64,000 nt of DNA, from NCBI GenBank assembly GCA_040954595.2, contig CM082583.2:10305656-10369655 (forward strand), in the 5' to 3' direction. The notes below the pieces were generated by a model. The model did not search any database, was not told the DNA's origin, and was given only the letters and a program-made list of their open reading frames with translations. The DNA comes from Balanoglossus misakiensis (taxonomy: Eukaryota; Animalia; Hemichordata). This document shows positions 1 to 12,250 of the stretch, piece after piece. Position 1 is the first letter of the stretch, and the number at the start of each line of letters is the position of its first letter. The position numbers and the translations under genes were made by a program.

Positions 1-3000
1 CAAAAATCATGGGTTATAGCCCATGATTTTCATCAAAAAATCACAATTTTCCGACTTTTTTAATTTTCAAAATTTGGCCATTTTTCACAAAAATCATGGG
101 TTATAGCCCATGATTTTCATCAAAAAATCACAATTTTCCGACTTTTTTAATTTTCAAAATTTGGCCATTTTTCACAAAAATCATGGGTTATAGCCCATGA
201 TTTTCATCAAAAAATCACAATTTTCCGACTTTTTTAATTTTCAAAATTTGGCCATTTTTCACAAAAATCATGGGTTATAGCCCATGATTTTCATCAAAAA
301 ATCACAATTTTCCGACTTTTTTAATTTTCAAAATTTGGCCATTTTTCACAAAAATCATGGGTTATAGCCCATGATTTTCATCAAAAAATCACAATTTTCC
401 GACTTTTTTAATTTTCAAAATTTGGCCATTTTTCACAAAAATCATGGGTTATAGCCCATGATTTTCATCAAAAAATCACAATTTTCCGACTTTTTTAATT
501 TTCAAAATTTGGCCATTTTTCACAAAAATCATGGGTTATAGCCCATGAAAATCATCAAAAAATCACAATTTTCCGACTTTTTTAATTTTCAAAATTTGGC
601 CATTTTTCACAAAAATCATGGGTTATAGCCCATGATTTTCATCAAAAAATCACAATTTTCCGACTTTTTTAATTTTCAAAATTTTGCCATTTTTCACAAA
701 AATCATGGGTTATAGCCCATGATTTTCATCAAAAAATCACAATTTTCCGACTTTTTTAATTTTCAAAATTTGGCCATTTTTCACAAAAATCATGGGTTAT
801 AGCCCATGATTTTCATCGAAAAATCACAATTTTCCGACTTTTTTAATTTTCAAAATTTGGCCATTTTTCACAAAAATCATGGGTTATAGCCCATGATTTT
901 CATCGAAAAATCACAATTTTCCGACTTTTTTAATTTTCAAAATTTGGCCATTTTTCACAAAAATCATGGGTTATAGCCCATGATTTTCATCAAAAAATCA
1001 CAATTTTCCGACTTTTTTAATTTTCAAAATTTGGCCATTTTTCACAAAAATCATGGGTTATAGCCCATGATTTTCATCAAAAAATCACAATTTTCCGACT
1101 TTTTTAATTTTCAAAATTTGGCCATTTTTCACAAAAATCATGGGTTATAGCCCATGATTTTCATCAAAAAATCACAATTTTCCGACTTTTTTAATTTTCA
1201 AAATTTGGCCATTTTTCACAAAAATCATGGGTTATAGCCCATGATTTTCATCGAAAAATCACAATTTTCCGACTTTTTTAATTTTCAAAATTTGGCCATT
1301 TTTCACAAAAATCATGGGTTATAGCCCATGATTTTCATCGAAAAATCACAATTTTCCGACTTTTTTAATTTTCAAAATTTGGCCATTTTTCACAAAAATC
1401 ATGGGTTATAGCCCATGATTTTCATCAAAAAATCACAATTTTCCGACTTTTTTAATTTTCAAAATTTGGCCATTTTTCACAAAAATCATGGGTTATAGCC
1501 CATGATTTTCATCAAAAAATCACAATTTTCCGACTTTTTTAATTTTCAAAATTTGGCCATTTTTCACAAAAATCATGGGTTATAGCCCATGAAAATCATC
1601 AAAAAATCACAATTTTCCGACTTTTTTAATTTTCAAAATTTGGCCATTTTTCACAAAAATCATGGGTTATAGCCCATGATTTTCATCAAAAAATCACAAT
1701 TTTCCGACTTTTTTAATTTTCAAAATTTGGCCATTTTTCACAAAAATCATGGGTTATAGCCCATGATTTTCATCAAAAAATCACAATTTTCCGACTTTTT
1801 TAATTTTCAAAATTTGGCCATTTTTCACAAAAATCATGGGTTATAACCCATGATTTTCATCAAAAAATCACAATTTTCCGACTTTTTTAATTTTCAAAAT
1901 TTGGCCATTTTTCACAAAAATCATGGGTTATAGCCCATGATTTTCATCAAAAAATCACAATTTTCCGACTTTTTTAATTTTCAAAATTTGGCCATTTTTC
2001 ACAAAAATCATGGGTTATAGCCCATGAAAATCATCAAAAAATCAAAATTTTCCGACTTTTTTAATTTTCAAAATTTGGTCATTTTTCACAAAAATCATGG
2101 GTTATAGCCCATGATTTTCATCAAAAAATCACAATTTTCCGATTTTTTTAATTTTCAAAATTTGGCCATTTTTCACAAAAATCATGGGTTATAGCCCATG
2201 ATTTTCATCGAAAAATCACAATTTTCCGACTTTTTTAATTTTCAAAATTTGGCCATTTTTCACAAAAATCATGGGTTATAGCCCATGAAAATCATCAAAA
2301 AATCACAATTTTCCGACTTTTTTAATTTTCAAAATTTGGCCATTTTTCACAAAAATCATGGGTTATAGCCCATGATTTTCATCAAAAAATCACAATTTTC
2401 CGACTTTTTTAATTTTCAAAATTTGGCCATTTTTCACAAAAATCATGGGTTATAGCCCATGATTTTCATCAAAAAATCACAATTTTCCGACTTTTTTAAT
2501 TTTCAAAATTTGGCCATTTTTCACAAAAATCATGGGTTATAGCCCATGATTTTCATCAAAAAATCACAATTTTCCGACTTTTTTAATTTTCAAAATTTGG
2601 CCATTTTTCACAAAAATCATGGGTTATAGCCCATGATTTTCATCAAAAAATCACAATTTTCCGACTTTTTTAATTTTCAAAATTTGGCCAATTTTCACAA
2701 AAATCATGGGTTATAGCCCATGATTTTCATCAAAAAATCACAATTTTCCGACTTTTTTAATTTTCAAAATTTGGCCGTTTTTCACAAAAATCATGGGTTA
2801 TAGCCCATGATTTTCATCAAAAAATCACAATTTTCCGACTTTTTTAATTTTCAAAATTTGGCCGTTTTTCACAAAAATCATGGGTTATAGCCCATGATTT
2901 TCATCAAAAAATCACAATTTTCCGACTTTTTTAATTTTCAAAATTTGGCCATTTTTCACAAAAATCATGGGTTATAGCCCATGATTTTCATCAAAAAATC

Positions 3001-4879
3001 ACAATTTTCCGACTTTTTTAATTTTCAAAATTTGGCCATTTTTCACAAAAATCATGGGTTATAGCCCATGATTTTCATCAAAAAATCACAATTTTCCGAC
3101 TTTTTTAATTTTCAAAATTTGGCCATTTTTCACAAAAATCATGGGTTATAGCCCATGAAAATCATCAAAAAATCACAATTTTCCGACTTTTTTAATTTTC
3201 AAAATTTGGCCATTTTTCACAAAAATCATGGGTTATAGCCCATGATTTTCATCAAAAAATCACAATTTTCCGACTTTTTTAATTTTCAAAATTTGGCCAT
3301 TTTTCACAAAAATCATGGGTTATAGCCCATGATTTTCATCAAAAAATCACAATTTTCCGACTTTTTTAATTTTCAAAATTTGGCCATTTTTCACAAAAAT
3401 CATGGGTTATAGCCCATGATTTTCATCAAAAAATCACAATTTTCCGACTTTTTTAATTTTCAAAATTTGGCCATTTTTCACAAAAATCATGGGTTATAGC
3501 CCATGATTTTCATCAAAAAATCACAATTTTCCGACTTTTTTAATTTTCAAAATTTGGCCATTTTTCACAAAAATCATGGGTTATAGCCCATGATTTTCAT
3601 CAAAAAATCACAATTTTCCGACTTTTTTAATTTTCAAAATTTGGCCATTTTTCACAAAAATCATGGGTTATAGCCCATGAAAATCATCAAAAAATCACAA
3701 TTTTCCGACTTTTTTAATTTTCAAAATTTGGCCATTTTTCACAAAAATCATGGGTTATAGCCCATGATTTTCATTAAAAAATCACAATTTTCCGACTTTT
3801 TTAATTTTCAAAATTTTGCCATTTTTCACAAAAATCATGGGTTATAGCCCATGATTTTCATCAAAAAATCACAATTTTCCGACTTTTTTAATTTTCAAAA
3901 TTTGGCCATTTTTCACAAAAATCATGGGTTATAGCCCATGATTTTCATCGAAAAATCACAATTTTCCGACTTTTTTAATTTTCAAAATTTGGCCATTTTT
4001 CACAAAAATCATGGGTTATAGCCCATGATTTTCATCGAAAAATCACAATTTTCCGACTTTTTTAATTTTCAAAATTTGGCCATTTTTCACAAAAATCATG
4101 GGTAATAGCCCATGATTTTCATCAAAAAATCACAATTTTCCGACTTTTTTAATTTTCAAAATTTGGCCATTTTTCACAAAAATCATGGGTTATAGCCCAT
4201 GATTTTCATCAAAAAATCACAATTTTCCGACTTTTTTAATTTTCAAAATTTGGCCATTTTTCACAAAAATCATGGGTTATAGCCCATGATTTTCATCAAA
4301 AAATCACAATTTTCCGACTTTTTTAATTTTCAAAATTTGGCCATTTTTCACAAAAATCATGGGTTATAGCCCATGATTTTCATCAAAAAATCACAATTTT
4401 CCGACTTTTTTAATTTTCAAAATTTGGCCATTTTTCACAAAAATCATGGGTTATAGCCCATGATTTTCATCAAAAAATCACAATTTTCCGACTTTTTTAA
4501 TTTTCAAAATTTGGCCATTTTTCACAAAAATCATGGGTTATAGCCCATGATTTTCATCAAAAAATCACAATTTTCCGACTTTTTTAATTTTCAAAATTTG
4601 GCCATTTTTCACAAAAATCATGGGTTATAGCCCATGATTTTCATCAAAAAATCACAATTTTCCGACTTTTTAATTTTCAAAATTTGGCCATTTTTCACAA
4701 AAATCATGGGTTATAGCCCATGAAAATCATCAAAAAATCACAATTTTCCGACTTTTTTAATTTTCAAAATTTGGCCATTTTTCACAAAAATCATGGGTTA
4801 TAGCCCATGATTTAAATCAAAAAATCACAATTTTCCGACTTTTTTAATTTTCAAAATTTGGCCATTTTTCATAAAAACC
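1..4879. repeat. Satellite DNA array A, 87-bp monomer, about 56 head-to-tail copies, continuing beyond the window's 5' edge
   Basis: Monomer CAAAAATCATGGGTTATAGCCCATGATTTTCATCAAAAAATCACAATTTTCCGACTTTTTTAATTTTCAAAATTTGGCCATTTTTCA recurs in register at 1, 1741 and 3481 (20 and 40 x 87). Few substitutions between copies; rich in A/T tracts; each unit has a 28-bp near-perfect dyad. Confidence 0.98.
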
Positions 4880-7800
4880 ATGGGTTATAGCTCAGGAAAT
4901 CTTCAAAAAATGACAATTTTTCGACTTTCCGAAATATCAAAATTTCTTCATTTTTTCACAAAAACCATGGGTTATAGCTCAGGAAATCTTCAAAAAATGA
5001 CAATTTTTCGACTTTCCGAAAAATCAGAATTTCTTCATTTTTTCACAAAAACCATGGGTTATAGCTCAGGAAATCTTCAAAAATAACAATTTTTCGACTT
5101 TCCGAAATATCAAAATTTCTTCATTTTTTCACAAAAACCATGGGTTATAGCTCAGGAAATCTTCAAAAAATGACAATTTTTCGACTTTCCGAAAAATCAA
5201 AATTTCTTCATTTTTTCACAAAAACCATGGGTTATAGCTCAGGAAATCTTCAAAAAATGACAAATTTTCGACTTTCCGAAATATCAAAATTTCTTCATTT
5301 TTTCACAAAAACCATGGGTTATAGCTCAGGAAATCTTCAAAAAATGACAATTTTTCGACTTTCCGAAAAATCAAAATTTCTTCATTTTTTCACAAAAACC
5401 ATGGGTTATAGCTCAGGAAATCTTCAAAAAATGACAATTTTTCGACTTTCCGAAAAATCAAAATTTCTTCATTTTTTCACAAAAACCATGGGTTATAGCT
5501 CAGGAAATCTTCAAAAAATGACAATTTTTCGACTTTCCGAAAAATCAAAATTTCTTCATTTTTTCACAAAAACCATGGGTTATAGCTCAGGAAATCTTCA
5601 AAAAATGACAATTTTTCGACTTTCCGAAAAATCAAAATTTCTTCATTTTTTCACAAAAACCATGGGTTATAGCTCAGGAAATCTTCAAAAAATGACAATT
5701 TTTCGACTTTCCGAAAAATCAAAATTTCTTCATTTTTTCACAAAAACCATGGGTTATAGCTCAGGAAATCTTCAAAAAATGACAATTTTTCGACTTTCCG
5801 AAAAATCAAAATTTCTTCATTTTTTCACAAAAACCATGGGTTATAGCTCAGGAAATCTTCAAAAAATGACAATTTTTCGACTTTCCGAAAAATCAAAATT
5901 TCTTCATTTTTTCACAAAAACCATGGGTTATAGCTCAGGAAATCTTCAAAAAATGACAATTTCTCGACTTTCCGAAAAATCAAAATTTCTTCATTTTTTC
6001 ACAAAAACCATGGGTTATAGCTCAGGAAATCTTCAAAAAATGACAATTTTTCGACTTTCCGAAATATCAAAATTTCTTCATTTTTTCACAAAAACCATGG
6101 GTTATAGCTCAGGAAATCTTCAAAAAATGACAATTTTTCGACTTTCCGAAATATCAAAATTTCTTCATTTTTTCACAAAAACCATGGGTTATAGCTCAGG
6201 AAATCTTCAAAAAATGACAATTTTTCGACTTTCCGAAATATCAAAATTTCTTCATTTTTTCACAAAAACCATGGGTTATAGCTCAGGAAATCTTCAAAAA
6301 ATGACAATTTTTCGACTTTCCGACAAATCAAAATTTCTTCATTTTTTCACAAAAACCATGGGTTATAGCTCAGGAAATCTTCAAAAAATGACAATTTTTC
6401 GACTTTCCGAAAAATCAAAATTTCTTCATTTTTTCACAAAAACCATGGGTTATAGCTCAGGAAATCTTCAAAAAATGACAATTTTTCGACTTTCCGAAAA
6501 ATCAAAATTTCTTCATTTTTTCACAAAAACCATGGGTTATAGCTCAGGAAATCTTCAAAAAATGACAATTTTTCGACTTTCCGAAAAATCAAAATTTCTT
6601 CATTTTTTCACAAAAACCATGGGTTATAGCTCAGGAAATCTTCAAAAAATGACAATTTTTCGACTTTCCGAAATATCAAAATTTCTTCATTTTTTCACAA
6701 AAACCATGGGTTATAGCTCAGGAAATCTTCAAAAAATGACAATTTTTCGACTTTCCGAAATATCAAAATTTCTTCATTTTTTCACAAAAACCATGGGTTA
6801 TAGCTCAGGAAATCTTCAAAAAATGACAATTTTTCGACTTTCCGAAATATCAAAATTTCTTCATTTTTTCACAAAAACCATGGGTTATAGCTCAGGAAAT
6901 CTTCAAAAAATGACAATTTTTCGACTTTCCGAAATATCAAAATTTCTTCATTTTTTCACAAAAACCATGGGTTATAGCTCAGGAAATCTTCAAAAAATGA
7001 CAATTTTTCGACTTTCCGAAATATCAAAATTTCTTCATTTTTTCACAAAAACCATGGGTTATAGCTCAGGAAATCTTCAAAAAATGACAATTTTTCGACT
7101 TTCCGAAAAATCAAAATTTCTTCATTTTTTCACAAAAACCATGGGTTATAGCTCAGGAAATCTTCAAAAAATGACAATTTTTCGACTTTCCGAAAAATCA
7201 AAATTTCTTCATTTTTTCACAAAAACCATGGGTTATAGCTCAGGAAATCTTCAAAAAATGACAATTTTTCGACTTTCCGAAAAATCAAAAATTTCTTCAT
7301 TTTTTCACAAAAACCATGGTTATAGCTCAGAAATCTTCAAAAAATGACAATTTTTCGACTTTCCGAAATATCAAAATTTCTTCATTTTTTCACAAAAACC
7401 ATGGCTTATAGCTCAGGAAATCTTCAAAAAATGACAATTTTTCGACTTTCCGAAATATCAAAATTTCTTCATTTTTTCACAAAAACCATGGGCTTATAGC
7501 TCAGGAAATCTTCAAAAAATGACAATTTTTCGACTTTCCGAAAAATCAAAATTTCTTCATTTTTTCACAAAACCATGGCTTATAGCTCAGGAAATCTTCA
7601 AAAAATGACAATTTTTCGACTTTCCGAAATATCAAAATTTCTTCATTTTTTCACAAAAACCATGTGTTATAGCTCAGGAAATCTTCAAAAAATGACAATT
7701 TTTCGACTTTCCGAAATATCAAAATTTCTTCATTTTTTCACAAAAACCATGGGTTATAGCTCAGGAAATCTTCAAAAAATGACAATTTTTCGACTTTCCG

Positions 7801-10800
7801 AAATATCAAAATTTCTTCATTTTTTCACAAAAACCATGGGTTATAGCTCAGGAAATCTTCAAAAAATGACAATTTTTCGACTTTCCGAAATATCAAAATT
7901 TCTTCATTTTTTCACAAAAACCATGGGTTATAGCTCAGGAAATCTTCAAAAAATGACAATTTTTCGACTTTCCGAAAAATCAAAATTTCTTCATTTTTTC
8001 ACAAAAACCATGGGTTATAGCTCAGGAAATCTTCAAAAAATGACAATTTTTCGACTTTCCGAAAAATCAAAATTTCTTCATTTTTTCACAAAAACCATGG
8101 GTTATAGCTCAGGAAATCTTCAAAAAATGACAATTTTTCGACTTTCCGAAAAATCAAAATTTCTTCATTTTTTCACAAAACCATGGGTTATAGCTCAGGA
8201 AATCTTCAAAAAAATGACAATTTTTCGACTTTCCGAAAAATCAAAATTTCTTCATTTTTTCACAAAAACCATGGGTTATAGCTCAGGAAATCTTCAAAAA
8301 ATGACAATTTTTCGACTTTCCGAAAAATCAAAATTTCTTCATTTTTTCACAAAAAACCATGGGTTATAGCTCAGGAAATCTTCAAAAAATGACAATTTTT
8401 CGACTTTCCGAAAAATCAAAATTTCTTCATTTTTTCACAAAAACCATGGGGTTATAGCTCAGGAAATCTTCAAAAAATGACAATTTTTCGACTTTCCGAA
8501 AATCAAAATTTCTTCATTTTTTCACAAAAACCATGGGTTATAGCTCAGGAAATCTTCCAAAAATGACAATTTTTCGACTTTCCGAAAAATCAAAATTTCT
8601 TCATTTTATTCACAAAAACCATGGGTTATAGCTCAGGAAATCTTCAAAAAATGACAATTTTTCGACTTTCCGAAAAATCAAAATTTCTTCATTTATTCAC
8701 AAAAACCATGGGTTATAGCTCAGGAAATCTTCAAAAAATGACAATTTTTCGACTTTCCGAAAAATCAAAATTTCTTCATTTATTCACAAAAACCATGGGT
8801 TATAGCTCAGGAAATCTTCAAAAAATGACAATTTTTCGACTTTCCGAAAAATCAAAATTTCTTCATTTATTCACAAAAACCATGGGTTATAGCTCAGGAA
8901 ATCTTCAAAAAATGACAATTTTTCGACTTTCCGAAAAATCAAAATTTCTTCATTTTTTCACAAAAACCATGGGTTATAGCTCAGGAAATCTTCAAAAAAT
9001 GACAATTTTTCGACTTTCCGAAAAATCAAAATTTCTTCATTTATTCACAAAAACCATGGGTTATAGCTCAGGAAATCTTCAAAAAATGACAATTTTTCGA
9101 CTTTCCGAAAAATCAAAATTTCTTCATTTATTCACAAAAACCATGGGTTATAGCTCAGGAAATCTTCAAAAAATGACAATTTTTCGACTTTCCGAAAAAT
9201 CAAAATTTCTTCATTTTTTCACAAAAACCATGGGTTATAGCTCAGGAAATCTTCAAAAAATGACAATTTTTCGACTTTCCGAAAAATCAAAATTTCTTCT
9301 TTTTTTCACAAAAACCATGGGTTATAGCTCAGGAAATCTTCAAAAAATGACAATTTTTCGACTTTCCGAAAAATCAAAATTTCTTCATTTTTTCACAAAA
9401 ACCATGGGTTATAGCTCAGGAAATCTTCAAAAAATGACAATTTTTCGACTTTCCGAAAAATCAAAATTTCTTCATTTTTTCACAAAAACCATGGGTTACA
9501 GCTCAGGAAATCTTCAAAAAATGACAATTTTTCGACTTTCCGAAAAATCAAAATTTCTTCATTTTTTCACAAAAACCATGGGTTATAGCTCAGGAAATCT
9601 TCAAAAAATGACAATTTTTCGACTTTCCGAAAAATCAAAATTTCTTCATTTTTTCACAAAAACCATGGGTTATAGCTCAGGAAATCTTCAAAAAATGACA
9701 ATTTTTCGACTTTCCGAAATATCAAAATTTCTTCATTTTTTCACAAAAACCATGGGTTATAGCTCAGGAAATCTTCAAAAAATGACAATTTTTCGACTTT
9801 CCGAAAAATCAAAATTTCTTCATTTTTTCACAAAAACCATGGGTTATAGCTCAGGAAATCTTCAAAAAATGACAATTTTTCGACTTTCCGAAATATCAAA
9901 ATTTCTTCATTTTTTCACAAAAACCATGGGTTATAGCTCAGGAAATCTTCAAAAAATGACAATTTTTCGACTTTCCGAAATATCAAAATTTCTTCATTTT
10001 TTCACAAAAACCATGGGTTATAGCTCAGGAAATCTTCAAAAAATGACAATTTTTCGACTTTCCGAAAAATCAAAATTTCTTCATTTTTTCACAAAAACCA
10101 TGGGTTATAGCTCAGGAAATCTTCAAAAAATGACAATTTTTCGACTTTCCGAAAAATCAAAATTTCTTCATTTTTTCACAAAAACCATGGGTTATAGCTC
10201 AGGAAATCTTCAAAAAATGACAATTTTTCGACTTTCCGAAATATCAAAATTTCTTCATTTTTTCACAAAAACCATGGGTTATAGCTCAGGAAATCTTCAA
10301 AAAATGACAATTTTTCGACTTTCCGAAAAATCAAAATTTCTTCATTTTTTCACAAAAACCATGGGTTATAGCTCAGGAAATCTTCAAAAAATGACAATTT
10401 TTCGACTTTCCGAAAAATCAAAATTTCTTCATTTTTTCACAAAAACCATGGGTTATAGCTCAGGAAATCTTCAAAAAATGACAATTTTTCGACTTTCCGA
10501 AATATCAAAATTTCTTCATTTTTTCACAATGGGCTATAGCTCAGGAAATCTTCAAAAAATGACAATTTTTCGACTTTCCGAAATATCAAAATTTCTTCAT
10601 TTTTTCACAAAAACCATGGGTTATAGCTCAGGAAATCTTCAAAAAATGACAATTTTTCGACTTTCCGAAATATCAAAATTTCTTCATTTTTTCACAAAAA
10701 CCATGGGTTATAGCTCAGGAAATCTTCAAAAAATGACAATTTTTCGACTTTCCGAAAAATCAAAATTTCTTCATTTTTTCACAAAAACCATGGGTTATAG

Positions 10801-11832
10801 CTCAGGAAATCTTCAAAAAATGACAATTTTTCGACTTTCCGAAAAATCAAAATTTCTTCATTTTTTCACAAAAACCATGGGTTATAGCTCAGGAAATCTT
10901 CAAAAAATGACAATTTTTCGACTTTCCGAAATATCAAAATTTCTTCATTTTTTCACAAAAACCATGGGTTATAGCTCAGGAAATCTTCAAAAAATGACAA
11001 TTTCTCGACATTCCGAAATATCAAAATTCTTCATTTTTTCACAAAAACCATGGGTTATAGCTCAGGAAATCTTCAAAAAATGACAATTTTTCGACTTTCC
11101 GAAATATCAAAATTTCTTCATTTTTTCACAAAAACCATGGGTTATAGCTCAGGAAATCTTCAAAAAATGACAATTTTTCGACTTTCCGAAATATCAAAAT
11201 TTCTTCATTTTTTCACAAAAACCGTGGGTTATAGCTCAGGAAATCTTCAAAAAATGACAATTTTTCGACTTTCCGAAATATCAAAATTTCTTCATTTTTT
11301 CACAAAAACCATGGGTTATAGCTCAGGAAATCTTCAAAAAATGACAATTTTTCGACTTTCCGAAATATCAAAATTTCTTCATTTTTTCACAAAAACCATG
11401 GGTTATAGCTCAGGAAATCTTCAAAAAATGACAATTTTTCGACTTTCCGAAATATCAAAATTTCTTCATTTTTTCACAAAAACCATGGGTTATAGCTCAG
11501 GAAATCTTCAAAAAATGACAATTTTTCGACTTTCCGAAATATCAAAATTTCTTCATTTTTTCACAAAAACCATGGGTTATAGCTCAGGAAATCTTCAAAA
11601 AATGACAATTTTTCGACTTTCCGAAATATCAAAATTTCTTCATTTTTTCACAAAAACCATGGGTTATAGCTCAGGAAATCTTCAAAAAATGACAATTTTT
11701 CGACTTTCCGAAATATCAAAATTTCTTCATTTTTTCACAAAAACCATGGGTTATAGCTCAGGAAATCTTCAAAAAATGACAATTTTTCGACTTTCCGAAA
11801 AATCAAAATTTCTTCATTTTTTCATAAAAACC
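4880..11832. repeat. Satellite DNA array B, 87-bp monomer, about 80 copies, homologous to array A
   Basis: Monomer ATGGGTTATAGCTCAGGAAATCTTCAAAAAATGACAATTTTTCGACTTTCCGAAA(A/T)ATCAAAATTTCTTCATTTTTTCACAAAAACC. It aligns to A with about 19 differences, including two compensating 1-nt indels. The 29-aa repeat in the ORF track confirms the 87-bp period. Confidence 0.98.
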
Positions 11833-12250
11833 ATGGGTTATAGCTCATGAAAATCGTCAAAAAATGACAATTTTTCGACTTTGCGAAATCTCAAAATTTC
11901 GTCATTTTTTGAAAAAAATCATGGGTTATAGCTCATGAAAATCATCAAAAATGAACATTTTTTTACTTTGCGAATCATCAACATTTATTTAAATAAAAAA
12001 AACCATGGTATATAGCTCATGAAAATGATAAAATTCATGAGCTATAACCCATGAATAATGTGAAAAATCGACAGAATGACCGAAATTCGCAAAGTCGGAA
12101 AATTGTCATTTTTGATAAAATTCATGAGCTATAACCCATGAATAATGTGACAAATCGACAAAGTGACCGAAATTCGCAAAGTCGGAAAATTGTCATTTTT
12201 TGATAAAATTCATGAGCTATAACCAGTCGACAAATTCTAGACTTTGCGGA
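11833..12250. repeat. Degenerate satellite edge: about 2 diverged forward monomers, then about 2.3 inverted monomers (about 12027-12224) and a short forward fragment
   Basis: TTCATGAGCTATAACC (reverse complement of GGTTATAGCTCATGAA) occurs at 12034, 12121 and 12209, spaced 87 and 88 bp. GCAAAGTCGGAAAATTGTCATTTTTG is the reverse complement of the monomer core. Confidence 0.9.

Noticed and set aside
4880-11850. Long ORFs (735, 264, 820 and 266 aa) of repeated MGYSSGNLQKMTIFRLSEKSKFLHFFTKT as a repeat protein
   Set aside because: 87 is divisible by 3, so one stop-free monomer frame gives arbitrarily long ORFs. Unit variants are mostly non-synonymous, frameshifts occur, and the homologous frame in array A stops after five codons. 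No splice or gene context is evident. Only ribosome profiling or peptide evidence would revive this.
1-11850. CRISPR array (regular repeats with a palindromic core)
   Set aside because: The sequence between the dyads is identical from unit to unit, so there are no unique spacers. There are no cas genes, and the context is an intron-containing animal genome.
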